This document shows, in pieces, positions 43,558-51,860 of a stretch of 57,268 nucleotides of DNA. The DNA is from an uncultured bacterium (GTDB taxonomy: Bacteria > Bacillota_I > Bacilli_A > RF39 > UBA660), in contig CASEWH010000067.1 in assembly GCA_949291575.1 (NCBI GenBank), forward strand, positions 1-57,268. The letters run 5' to 3'. Numbering within the stretch: the stretch's first letter is position 1; each line of letters starts with the position of its first letter. The notes below the pieces were generated by a model. It did not search any database and was not told the DNA's origin. It worked only from the letters and a program-made list of their open reading frames with translations. Both the position numbers and the translations under genes were made by a program.

Positions 43558-44241
43558 TTGAAACATTATTTAACCTCTAGAGACCATTCTAATTCACATA
43601 TTGTTTGCGATTATCCAAATATCTGCCCTATATGTAATAACAAAATTTCCCCAATAAATGAGTTTGAAAAATGTAATAAAGATATTAATTTAGTATCTAT
43701 ACTCTTTACCTGTCCAGCTTGTGGGAAAGGATTTATTACTCATTACGAATATGACGAAAACAAAGGTGTAAATAGAGGAACATATAGTTATAAAAATTTA
43801 ACTCTTTTACAATCATTTCCAGTTAAACCTAAAGAAACAATATTTGAAGAGTGCATTCGTAATTTATCTCCTACATTTTGTAACATATATAACCAGGCTG
43901 TTGCATCAGAAACATATGGATTAGATCAACTATCTGGAATTGGTTATCGAAAATCCATTGAATTTCTAATTAAAGATTTTTGCATTTATAAGCACCCTAA
44001 TGATGAAGAAAAAATTAAATCTACATTATTAGGTCAAGTCATCAATACTTATATAGATGAAACATCAAAAATTCGAACATTAGCTAAAGCCTCTGTATGG
44101 CTCGGAAATGATGAAACACATTATATTAAAAAATTTGATGACAAAGATATAAATGATTTAAAACGATTTATTAGAGCAACTGTAAGTTATATAACCTATG
44201 AACTTGTATCTGATGAAGCTGAAGAATTAGTTAATTCATAA
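43558..44241 (+). CDS. Zn-ribbon + DUF4145 (HEPN-like) domain protein
   Basis: TTG start 7 nt after GGAGG. CPICNN...CPACGKGF. C-terminal GYRKSIEFLIKDF...WLGNDETHY as in DUF4145. Confidence 0.65.
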   Translation: MKHYLTSRDHSNSHIVCDYPNICPICNNKISPINEFEKCNKDINLVSILFTCPACGKGFITHYEYDENKGVNRGTYSYKNLTLLQSFPVKPKETIFEECIRNLSPTFCNIYNQAVASETYGLDQLSGIGYRKSIEFLIKDFCIYKHPNDEEKIKSTLLGQVINTYIDETSKIRTLAKASVWLGNDETHYIKKFDDKDINDLKRFIRATVSYITYELVSDEAEELVNS

Positions 44242-44378
44242 TCATCAACAGTAGCTAATAAATTTCCTTTTAAGTCCCAGTATTGAGTTATTACTCTTAC
44301 TGGATTTTCTTTTGTCCCTTCGCCTATGATAGCAGTTGTTTTAATTACCTTTATTTCTTTCACACTTTCTATGCTCAT
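44196..44378 (-). CDS. Hypothetical 60-aa protein
   Basis: RBS TAGGAGGTTATATG. Its 3' end overlaps the DUF4145 gene by 46 nt (convergent). Confidence 0.5.
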   Translation of the reverse strand: MSIESVKEIKVIKTTAIIGEGTKENPVRVITQYWDLKGNLLATVDDYELTNSSASSDTSS

Positions 44379-44386
44379 ATAACCTC

Positions 44387-44506
44387 CTATTTATTCTCTT
44401 TTTCATATTCAAGAATAATTTTAAGTAGTTCTACTTTATCTTTACCATTTAATATTTTTATCTTATCAATTAAATCTTTAATCAATACTTCTTTTAATTC
44501 TTCCAT
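44387..44506 (-). CDS. Hypothetical 39-aa protein
   Basis: MEELKEVLIKDLIDKIKILNGKDKVELLKIILEYEKENK. RBS GAAAGGAGGA. Below the cut-off of the ORF track. Confidence 0.45.
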   Translation of the reverse strand: MEELKEVLIKDLIDKIKILNGKDKVELLKIILEYEKENK

Positions 44507-44527
44507 TTATAAATCCTCCTTTCTTCT

Positions 44528-44545
44528 CCTTGACCGACTTTTTTA
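44528..44545 (+). promoter_or_regulatory. Third copy of the TTGACCGACTTTT motif (possible cro-antisense promoter -35 or regulator site)
   Basis: CCTTGACCGACTTTTTT lies just downstream of the cro-like stop, oriented toward cI, next to operator copy 44553-44569. Confidence 0.35.
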
Positions 44546-44776
44546 CTCCTTTATATGAGTATTCTCATACATTGATTTAAAAAAAATATATAAATCTGTA
44601 TTATACGCATCTTTTAAGATTTTCTCTAATGTACATACTTTAATTTTTATTTTATTATTTTCGTATTCTGATAAGGTTTGAGCATATATACCAGTTTTTT
44701 CTTCAACTTCTTTCAAGCTCAAATTATTTCTACTTCTAATAGCTCTTAATTCATTACCTACGAAATTTGAATACAT
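44543..44776 (-). CDS. Cro-like XRE-family HTH regulator
   Basis: Start moved to MYSNFVGNELRAIR after AGGAGGG. LSLKEVEEKTGIYAQTLSEYENNK HTH. Divergent from cI. Confidence 0.75.
   Translation of the reverse strand: MYSNFVGNELRAIRSRNNLSLKEVEEKTGIYAQTLSEYENNKIKIKVCTLEKILKDAYNTDLYIFFKSMYENTHIKE
44553..44569. promoter_or_regulatory. Operator-type palindrome copy inside the 3' end of the cro-like gene
   Basis: ATATGAGTATTCTCATA is identical to 44807-44823. Confidence 0.55.
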
Positions 44777-44801
44777 ATATTTTTCCCTCCTATCTAATTT
44801 C

Positions 44802-44888
44802 ATTTTATATGAGTATTCTCATAATGTCAATAGCAAATATGAGTATTTTCATTTTTTTATTGTATTTTACATTAGTTTGGGTTATACT
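44802..44888. promoter_or_regulatory. Genetic switch: divergent promoters and two operators
   Basis: Leftward TTGACA (44830-44825), 17-nt spacer, TAAAAT (44807-44802), with operator 44807-44823 in the spacer. Second operator at 44837-44852. Rightward TTGTAT (44860), 17-nt spacer, TATACT (44883). Confidence 0.6.
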
Positions 44889-44912
44889 TTTAATTAAGAA
44901 AAGGAGAATAAT

Positions 44913-45554
44913 ATGAGTTATTTTAATAGTAATCTTCCCTTCATAAGAAAGAAGAAAGGGATTTCTCAAACCGAGTTAGCTGAAAAAATAGGTGTAGATC
45001 AATCAACAATTTCTCTTTGGGAAAAAGGAATGGATACTACAGTAGATAATGCAATTAAGGTTGCCGAAGTACTAAATGTATCTATACCAGATTTTTTAGG
45101 TAAAGATTTAAGATTTGACAATGCAAAAGTAATAGATGTAAATTCTGACATAATTAAAATACCTGTATATGGCACCATCAAAGCTGGAATACCGATAGAA
45201 AGCCAAACTGATATTATTGATTATGTAGATATACCTAGAAGTTGGACTAAAGGTGGTAAAGAGTTTTATGGTCTTAAAGTTAGTGGTGATTCTATGTTTC
45301 CTAAGTATCAAGATGAAGATATAGTTATTTTTGAAAAAACTGATGACACTACATTGTATAATGGTAAAGATTGTGCTGTTATGATAAATGGAACTGAATC
45401 AACATTTAAAAAGGTATTAATTAATGACCAAGGAATCGTATTACAAGCCTATAATATGGCTTATGGTATTAAAATGTATTCAAAAGAAGATGTTATAAAT
45501 AAACCTATTAAAATTGTAGGTATTGCTCGTGAAAAGAGAACTAAAATTGATTAA
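44913..45554 (+). CDS. CI-type repressor (XRE HTH + LexA/S24 peptidase domain)
   Basis: GISQTELAEKIGVDQSTISLWEKG HTH, GDSMFP serine motif, FKKV lysine region. Confidence 0.85.
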   Translation: MSYFNSNLPFIRKKKGISQTELAEKIGVDQSTISLWEKGMDTTVDNAIKVAEVLNVSIPDFLGKDLRFDNAKVIDVNSDIIKIPVYGTIKAGIPIESQTDIIDYVDIPRSWTKGGKEFYGLKVSGDSMFPKYQDEDIVIFEKTDDTTLYNGKDCAVMINGTESTFKKVLINDQGIVLQAYNMAYGIKMYSKEDVINKPIKIVGIAREKRTKID

Positions 45555-45610
45555 GGGTATGCTAGTATAGGTACTTTTAATAAATTTAGCATAGGAAAGG
45601 AGGTAAACTT

Positions 45611-46231
45611 ATGGTTTGGTTTTTATTAATAATTTCAATTGTTGCACTTATTGCTTTTATCATAAGAGTAACTACTACTTCTGATGATTCTGATGAAAAT
45701 AATAACAATTCAAATAATAGCGATGAAAACGACAATAAACCTAAAATTAAAAGAATGCTTTTTGAATGTGTTGGGGAAATGGCTGACAACGATAATGGAA
45801 AAAACAGACAAGATATAATAAAAAGAATAACAAAGAATTATAAAAAAGAGATTTTAAGTAGTGCGGATTTATTCAATGGTTATTCTACAGCTGAAATAAA
45901 AGAAATGTATGGTTCTGTAAGTGAATTTGAAGATGTAGAATTTGATGGAATATACAAAAAAGTTGAATACAAGGGTAAGCCTGCTTATATAATCCTTATG
46001 AAAGATACTGATGACAATTATTATGAAGTAGCTAATATAGCAAAGGATGATATAAGTAAATTTGAAGATATAGTTAATAATAATGAAGTATTAAATACAG
46101 TTATTTATGTAACTGGTGGAAAAACAAAAGAAGGAACTTATAATGACTATGGAAAAGAAATTGTTGAAACAACAGAGTTAAACTATGGAATAGATTTAAG
46201 AATTTCTTTTAAAAATAAAGACGAAAAATAA
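45611..46231 (+). CDS. Membrane-anchored protein of unknown function (candidate superinfection-exclusion gene)
   Basis: 206 aa. N-terminal TM, a Ser/Asp/Asn-rich acidic linker, then a globular C-domain. RBS GGAAAGGAGG. Lies between cI and int. Confidence 0.65.
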   Translation: MVWFLLIISIVALIAFIIRVTTTSDDSDENNNNSNNSDENDNKPKIKRMLFECVGEMADNDNGKNRQDIIKRITKNYKKEILSSADLFNGYSTAEIKEMYGSVSEFEDVEFDGIYKKVEYKGKPAYIILMKDTDDNYYEVANIAKDDISKFEDIVNNNEVLNTVIYVTGGKTKEGTYNDYGKEIVETTELNYGIDLRISFKNKDEK

Positions 46232-46236
46232 AAAAA

Positions 46237-46258
46237 GTCTCGTGCGGGAACACGAGAC
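46237..46258 (-). terminator. GC-rich hairpin oriented as a minus-strand terminator
   Basis: GTCTCGTG-CGGGAA-CACGAGAC. The U-run is present only on the minus strand. Confidence 0.4.
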
Positions 46259-46272
46259 GATGAAAAACCACA

Positions 46273-46294
46273 AAAAGTCGGTCAAGACTAAGAA
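46273..46294 (-). repeat. 22-bp element, right (inverted) copy
   Basis: AAAAGTCGGTCAAGACTAAGAA is the reverse complement of 43468-43489. Confidence 0.85.
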
Positions 46295-46307
46295 ACAAAA
46301 TACCAAT

Positions 46308-46356
46308 AGAATTGATATAATGCTTTTGGATTTTTCTATTACATTATATCAATTCT
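46308..46356. promoter_or_regulatory. 15-bp perfect inverted repeat upstream of int
   Basis: AGAATTGATATAATG, 19 nt, CATTATATCAATTCT. Each arm contains a TATAAT-like hexamer. Confidence 0.45.
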
Positions 46357-46388
46357 GATATTAAAAATCAATAGAAAGAGATGATATA

Positions 46389-47525
46389 ATGCCAGTTTAT
46401 AGAGAAAAAAATAAAAAGAAATGGACTAAAGATGGAAGATCATATTACTTTAGATGTTACTATACAGATATGTATGGTAATAGAAAACAAAAAGAAAGTA
46501 AATTATATAAATTAAGTAGTGAAGCGAAAGAAGCTGAAAGAGAATTTTTAAATAGTATTGAAAAGAAAGATATAACAGATAATAATATTAGCTTTGAAGA
46601 TGTATATAATGAGTGGTTACTAATTAAAAAACGAGTTATTAAATGTACTACTTTTTATCGGCTAAAAAAATGTTTAAATAAGCAAGTATTAAGTTTTTTT
46701 AAAAAATATAAACTTCATACAATAAAAATGGATACAATTAACAAATGGTATTCATATTTAGAAAGTACAAATACAAGTGAAGAGTATCAGAACTCTCTAA
46801 TTGGCTCTTTTAAAGAGATTTTAACATATGCTAAGGATAATTATGAGTTTGACCCTAAAATAATATCTAAAGTGCAAAAAAAACGCATTTCAAGAGAAAT
46901 TAAGACTATTAGGGAAGCAGAATGGAACTTTTGGACAAATGAAGAATTTGACACTTTTATAAAATGTGTTGATAATTCTCTTTATTATACAATTTTTAAC
47001 TTTCTATATTATACTGGACTACGAATAGGTGAAATGATTGCTTTAACATGGAAAGATATAAATCTAGAAAAAAAAGAACTTTATATAAGAAATAATTTTA
47101 CAGATAAGATAGAAGATAAAGTATATGATATTGTAGATCCAAAATCAAAAAATTCTATTAGAATAGTTGATTTAGATGATTATACATATGAATTACTTAC
47201 AGAGCATTATATAAAAGAAAAAAATATATATAATTTTTCTAAAGAAATGTTTGTGTTTGGTAATGTTAAATATATTGCACCTACAACTTTTAGAAGAAAA
47301 TTAAACAAATATATAGATATATCAAAAGTAAAAAGAATAACACCACATGGTTTCAGACATTCTCATGCTTCCTTATTAATTCATTTAGGATGTGATAGTA
47401 GAGAGGTAGCAAAAAGATTAGGAGATACTGTTCAAGTAATAGAAAGTACTTATTATCATATGTTCCCTGAAAAAGAAAAACATACAATAACAGTATTAAA
47501 TAATTTTAAAAAAAGAGGTAAATAA
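46389..47525 (+). CDS. int: Tyrosine integrase
   Basis: 378 aa. Arm-binding-type N-terminus, YYTGLRIGEM, HGFRHSHASLLI, ESTYYHM. Adjacent to the att/tRNA. Confidence 0.9.
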   Translation: MPVYREKNKKKWTKDGRSYYFRCYYTDMYGNRKQKESKLYKLSSEAKEAEREFLNSIEKKDITDNNISFEDVYNEWLLIKKRVIKCTTFYRLKKCLNKQVLSFFKKYKLHTIKMDTINKWYSYLESTNTSEEYQNSLIGSFKEILTYAKDNYEFDPKIISKVQKKRISREIKTIREAEWNFWTNEEFDTFIKCVDNSLYYTIFNFLYYTGLRIGEMIALTWKDINLEKKELYIRNNFTDKIEDKVYDIVDPKSKNSIRIVDLDDYTYELLTEHYIKEKNIYNFSKEMFVFGNVKYIAPTTFRRKLNKYIDISKVKRITPHGFRHSHASLLIHLGCDSREVAKRLGDTVQVIESTYYHMFPEKEKHTITVLNNFKKRGK

Positions 47526-47535
47526 GGGGTAAAAT
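47513..47535 (+). repeat. 23-bp direct repeat (partner of 9278-9300)
   Basis: AAGAGGTAAATAAGGGGTAAAAT spans the int stop codon. Confidence 0.6.
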
Positions 47536-47540
47536 GCAAT

Positions 47541-47570
47541 TTAAATAATAAAACCCTTATAAAATAAGGG
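47541..47570 (-). terminator. Phage-supplied terminator for tRNA-Arg
   Basis: CCCTTAT-AAA-ATAAGGG hairpin followed by UUUUAUU on the minus strand, 14 nt downstream of the tRNA 3' end. Confidence 0.55.
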
Positions 47571-47581
47571 TAAAAATCTAA

Positions 47582-47602
47582 CTGGCGTCCCCAGAGGGAA
47601 TC
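47582..47602. repeat. att core copy within the intact tRNA 3' end
   Basis: Identical to 9155-9175. Confidence 0.9.
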
Positions 47603-47658
47603 GAACCTTCATCTAAGCCTTAGGAGGGCCTTGTTCTATCCGTTGAACTATGGGGACA
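47584..47658 (-). tRNA. tRNA-Arg(CCU): tRNA-Arg (anticodon CCU)
   Basis: 75 nt. Acceptor GTCCCCA/TGGGGAC, D-stem GTTC/GAAC, anticodon loop CUCCUAA, T-loop TTCGATT, encoded CCA. One A-C mismatch in the T-stem. Confidence 0.85.
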
Positions 47659-47701
47659 AATTAAAAAGATAACTATATTTTAGCATATCTTTTAATATTT
47701 G

Positions 47702-48190
47702 TTAAGCCATAGTAGGATTTAATAAAATATTTAAATTACCATTAACCTCTTCACTATCATTAATCCACATAGTAATAGTATAAGTTTTAGTCTCATTTTT
47801 ACCTAAATTATTTTCTAGAATATACCCATCAAGTGATAGATTTCTAATATCACTTTGATATCCTTCATTATCAGTTAAAACATAACTAATGTAGTTATTA
47901 TTATCATTAGCTAAATTATTAAAATTAATAATAAAACTTATCTCTTCATCACTATCATTAGTAACTGTCAAATCTTTTGTAATTTTATTAGAAGAGAGTT
48001 CTAAGTAATCAAAACCTGTATAGGCAATATCTTTATTAAAGTCAATATTATTAGTTTTTAAAGACTCCCTTATTCTCACCTTATGTTGATACGGACCAAA
48101 CCAAAACCAAGTAAGTAATGATATAACTACTACTACAAAAATTATATCTATAATATATTTTCTAATTAATGAATCTCTTGTATTAGTCAT
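47702..48190 (-). CDS. Membrane-anchored secreted protein, unknown
   Basis: 162 aa. N-terminal TM followed by a beta-rich Asn/Asp-rich domain. Confidence 0.6.
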   Translation of the reverse strand: MTNTRDSLIRKYIIDIIFVVVVISLLTWFWFGPYQHKVRIRESLKTNNIDFNKDIAYTGFDYLELSSNKITKDLTVTNDSDEEISFIINFNNLANDNNNYISYVLTDNEGYQSDIRNLSLDGYILENNLGKNETKTYTITMWINDSEEVNGNLNILLNPTMA

Positions 48191-48238
48191 ATTAGTACCC
48201 CCCTTTAATTAAGGCATATTATAACATATTATCTTTAA

Positions 48239-49558
48239 TTAGACAAGACTATCTATAATTTTATCTAACTCTTCTCTTTCTTCTTCATTAGTATTATCAG
48301 TATCTAATTCTTTACCAAACCAGTCTGGTAATATTTCTTCTTTCGCTATTTTTTTAGATACAGTTTTATTTTTAGTGGTATTAGTGGCAAGTTTTTTCAT
48401 CTTTTTATATTCCTTTTCTGTTAACTTCATCGCTTCTTCTACTGTTTCAATATTAAGTCGTTTCCACTGTCCTGCAATTGTTTCTAAGTAATTACGGTTT
48501 AACTTCTGATTATTTATCTTCAAAGCATAAGAAATTAAAACATTAACTACACCTGCACTTAATTTTTGATCTAGCATCAAGTCTTCTATTAGATTTAAAT
48601 CCCTTTTAGTAGGTTCTGCTCCTTTCATTTTACTTTTTAGATAATCATAAGGACTAGTATTTTCAAAAGTATAAGCCATTTTAGCCCATTTAGAAGTGTC
48701 CCCTGCAGGTTTCTTTAGATAATCTGGTTGTGTTTGATAAACAAGAGTTGGAAGACTTCCTACATTTTCAAAAGAATAATAGTTACGACAATTCTTTCTT
48801 AAGAGAGTTTTATCAATTAAACCTTTCTCATTTAAAGAAGTCCTAACAAGTCCACTCATTCTTTCTGTATCAATGTTATAGACTAGAGCAAGGTTATTAA
48901 TTAGTTTTTTAGTCTCTTTATCAAAACATCTATTACTAACAAGACCACTAGGAATAGAAGATATTAAAAGATTAAAGTCTATCATATCATCTAGAATTAT
49001 AGAAGAAGTTTCTTTCTTTTCTACATCTTCTATTACTTCAAATGGTTTTAAGTTACTACTTTTAAACACTTCATTAAATTTATGAGAGATATCTTCATAA
49101 TCAGTTAATCTAACTCTTGGTACTTTAAACATTTCTAAACGTTTATCATATTCTTTTTTACCAATATTATTGTATAGGACGATATTTAATATTGGATGAT
49201 TAAAAAACTCATTAGCACTGATAGGAGAATATAGAAGATAAACATAGTTATTGACACTTCCTTTTTTTAAATAGGTTTTTAAAAGTCCTACTGCTTCTAA
49301 TTTCTCTCTTGCTATCATAATATCTTCAAGTCTAAGTTGCATTATACTCATTAAATGATGATGATTTAAATCATCACTGAGACGATTAAACTCATCTAAA
49401 TCATCTATTAAAGTAAAGTAAAGACTAACAGCAGTATAACCTATTATAGGTTGATAAAGCATAGTTAAAAGCCGTCTATCTTCTTCATGAAGGACTGTTT
49501 TATTAACTACTATATAAGTATCTGCTGGTAATAAGGTAATATTCTTCATAGTCTTCAC
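48239..49558 (-). CDS. Replication initiation and membrane attachment protein (B. subtilis DnaB type, DnaD-domain family)
   Basis: 439 aa. LLPADTYIVVNKTVLHEEDRRLLTMLYQPIIGYTAVSLYFTL parallels the B. subtilis DnaB N-terminus. Confidence 0.75.
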   Translation of the reverse strand: MKTMKNITLLPADTYIVVNKTVLHEEDRRLLTMLYQPIIGYTAVSLYFTLIDDLDEFNRLSDDLNHHHLMSIMQLRLEDIMIAREKLEAVGLLKTYLKKGSVNNYVYLLYSPISANEFFNHPILNIVLYNNIGKKEYDKRLEMFKVPRVRLTDYEDISHKFNEVFKSSNLKPFEVIEDVEKKETSSIILDDMIDFNLLISSIPSGLVSNRCFDKETKKLINNLALVYNIDTERMSGLVRTSLNEKGLIDKTLLRKNCRNYYSFENVGSLPTLVYQTQPDYLKKPAGDTSKWAKMAYTFENTSPYDYLKSKMKGAEPTKRDLNLIEDLMLDQKLSAGVVNVLISYALKINNQKLNRNYLETIAGQWKRLNIETVEEAMKLTEKEYKKMKKLATNTTKNKTVSKKIAKEEILPDWFGKELDTDNTNEEEREELDKIIDSLV

Positions 49559-49606
49559 CTCTAGAAATAGTATAGAGGAAAATAAAAAAAAAGACTAGAA
49601 CTTTTT

Positions 49607-49864
49607 CTAATCTTTTTTATTTTTCTTTTTCTTATCAATTGGTACTATCTTAACAGTATAACCAATTGGTTCTAATATTTTGATAAGTGTATTGACTTGT
49701 GGAGATGTTATTAAATTTTCAATTCTTGTAATAGTTAATCTAATAACTCCAGATTGATTAGCCATTGCTTCTTGAGTTAGATGATTATCCTTTCTTAATT
49801 TAATAAAATCTTGTACAAAATCATACTCTAATTCTTTTAACTTATCTTCTTTATTTTTATCCAT
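49607..49864 (-). CDS. XRE-family HTH protein
   Basis: Start moved to MDKNKEDK after GGAGGG. LTQEAMANQSGVIRLTITRIEN. Confidence 0.65.
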   Translation of the reverse strand: MDKNKEDKLKELEYDFVQDFIKLRKDNHLTQEAMANQSGVIRLTITRIENLITSPQVNTLIKILEPIGYTVKIVPIDKKKKNKKD

Positions 49865-49956
49865 GAGTATCCCTCCTGCTAATAATGTAACATAGCATAT
49901 ACGGTTAATCAATAGTTTTTTGAAAAAAATTACGAAAATTCGTAAATTTTGTTGTT

Positions 49957-51759
49957 TTATGGGGCTAAATCAAGGGTAAAAGGATTTTGTAAAGTACCAT
50001 TTCCTCCTGTTATTATAACATTAGATTTAAGGTTTAGAGATGGTTTGATACCAACACTAGAAGAAGGGGCGTAACTATATGCCTGACCAAATTGAATCAT
50101 ATTCCAAATATTTGCACTATTAATTGGTGTTAAATAAGTACAATTTGCATTATTACTACTATTATTATATTGGCCACCCATCAATTCTCCTAATCTTAAC
50201 AAACCTACCTTAGAAATAGTGATATTTGAAGTTAAATTACTCATATTTATATCACCATATTTTGCTAATCTATAACTAGCACCACTTCCTACTGTTCCTA
50301 AATACCAAGTTGTATTATCTTCTATCATATTAACTTGTTCGCTTGTTAAATAATTACCACTATCTAAGTATTCTCCATTAAGAAAACTTCCTACTTCATT
50401 TGTATTGGAGTAATATACACCATCTCCAAAAGCCATAGTTTTAAATTTCCCATTTTCTTTTAAAGGTTCGGCACTTGTTATTTTAGTCAATCCTTCTGTT
50501 TCATGACTTACTATTCTGTATAGATTATTCTCTCCCGTTCCAAAGCTTATATACTCTCCACTGTATCTTGTATTTAGTTTTACTCCATTTAAATCTTTAT
50601 CATTGTCTCCCATTAATCTATATGGATTATCTTCTGTTCCATTTCCACTCACTACTTTTATTTCAGGTTTTAAATTTATTGATGGACGAATACCATTAGC
50701 AGCACTAACATCATTTCCCCCTATCCCACCATTTATTCCAACAGTTATAACTCCACCTGTAGGATTAGGCGTCAAAGTCCACCATTGTAAACTATTATTC
50801 AAATAACTTGATAACTTACCAACAGCATTATATTCATAACTATTTAGTAGCCCTACCGAACTTTCTACTTCTAAAGCAGTTTCTGCCCCATCTGCTTTAG
50901 GATCCCATTTACTATCCATCTTAATAAAATCTTCCGGACTCCTTAAATTTCCAAGAAAACCATCTACTGTTGTATCGTTTAGCCATTCTTCCATATAACT
51001 TCCTTCAAAAGAACTACTATTATCATCATATGATATTGAACTTATATTCCACTGAGTTACTAACTTAACACTATTATCACTTGTATCTATGCTTACTACT
51101 CTCCATAATTTTCCACTATACCATATATAATTATAAGGATTACTCCCCGTTACAAAGGTCTGTTCAGAGTCATCATAATTTAACCTATTCATGATATCAT
51201 CTTCTATTACTTCTTTAACTGTTCCAGTTGATGTTATTTTTCTTAATAGATGGCCATTTTCAGGTAACTCTAAATCATTATAATCTAATCCGACACTTAC
51301 TCCTAATCCTATACTTATTTTACTTTCTGTAGTATTTGATACTCTTACTAAATATGTATTACTACTTCCTGTTGTATCTACTTTCTCTAAATTTATTCCA
51401 GTCTCAGTTGGAGGAACATTAAATTCATCTTTTTCTATATATCCTATATCTACTCCATCAGGTAAACTTTCTTCATAATAAAAGTTAAATCTTCCTACTC
51501 TATTATTAGGGTTAGATAAAGTTACTATAAAATCTTTTCTACTATTAGATGGTACTGTTAAAGTATTTCCTTCTTCTCCATCTACTTTTAATTCATAAGT
51601 TAAATTACCTGTTACTATACTTATAGCATTTTCTTTTTCTTTTGTTACTGTAAACATAGCATAAGAAAAGTATCCTCCTAATATTAATAGAGTTACTATA
51701 ATCATCACTATCATATATATCTTACTAAAACTTGTTTCTAATAATATCTTTTTCATCAT
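49957..51759 (-). CDS. Large membrane-anchored surface protein with two C-terminal repeats
   Basis: 600 aa. N-terminal TM. Repeats NGIRPSINLK...GNGTEDNPYRL and VGIKPSLNLK...GNGTLQNPFTL. Confidence 0.7.
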   Translation of the reverse strand: MMKKILLETSFSKIYMIVMIIVTLLILGGYFSYAMFTVTKEKENAISIVTGNLTYELKVDGEEGNTLTVPSNSRKDFIVTLSNPNNRVGRFNFYYEESLPDGVDIGYIEKDEFNVPPTETGINLEKVDTTGSSNTYLVRVSNTTESKISIGLGVSVGLDYNDLELPENGHLLRKITSTGTVKEVIEDDIMNRLNYDDSEQTFVTGSNPYNYIWYSGKLWRVVSIDTSDNSVKLVTQWNISSISYDDNSSSFEGSYMEEWLNDTTVDGFLGNLRSPEDFIKMDSKWDPKADGAETALEVESSVGLLNSYEYNAVGKLSSYLNNSLQWWTLTPNPTGGVITVGINGGIGGNDVSAANGIRPSINLKPEIKVVSGNGTEDNPYRLMGDNDKDLNGVKLNTRYSGEYISFGTGENNLYRIVSHETEGLTKITSAEPLKENGKFKTMAFGDGVYYSNTNEVGSFLNGEYLDSGNYLTSEQVNMIEDNTTWYLGTVGSGASYRLAKYGDINMSNLTSNITISKVGLLRLGELMGGQYNNSSNNANCTYLTPINSANIWNMIQFGQAYSYAPSSSVGIKPSLNLKSNVIITGGNGTLQNPFTLDLAP

Positions 51760-51782
51760 CTTACTCCTTCCATTATTACACT

Positions 51783-51812
51783 CAAAAAAGAATAGAATTA
51801 TACTCTATTCTT
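51783..51812 (-). terminator. Terminator/attenuator in the leader of the surface-protein gene
   Basis: AAGAAUAGA-GUAUAAU-UCUAUUCUU followed by UUUU on the minus strand, about 25 nt upstream of the RBS. Confidence 0.6.
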
Positions 51813-51860
51813 TTAAGGCACGATGAAAGAAAGTAATGATTAAACTACCATTCTGGTAAT

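Larger units (their letters stand above)
9155..47602. mobile_element. Integrated siphovirus-type prophage (HK97-like cos phage), about 38.4 kb
   Basis: 21-bp direct repeats at both ends. Integrase lies next to an intact tRNA. Complete lysogeny, replication, packaging, head, tail and lysis modules. Confidence 0.95.

Noticed and set aside
44283-44558. 91-aa plus-strand ORF, plus minus-strand ORFs 44999-45181, 45108-45311 and 45586-45789
   Set aside because: They are antisense to the small early genes, to cI and to the 206-aa gene respectively. They have no RBS and low-complexity products.
47554-47570. ATAAGGGTAAAAAT as a third integrase arm-type repeat
   Set aside because: It is one arm of a 7-bp hairpin (CCCTTAT/ATAAGGG) followed by a U-run on the tRNA strand. 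It is better explained as the terminator of tRNA-Arg.
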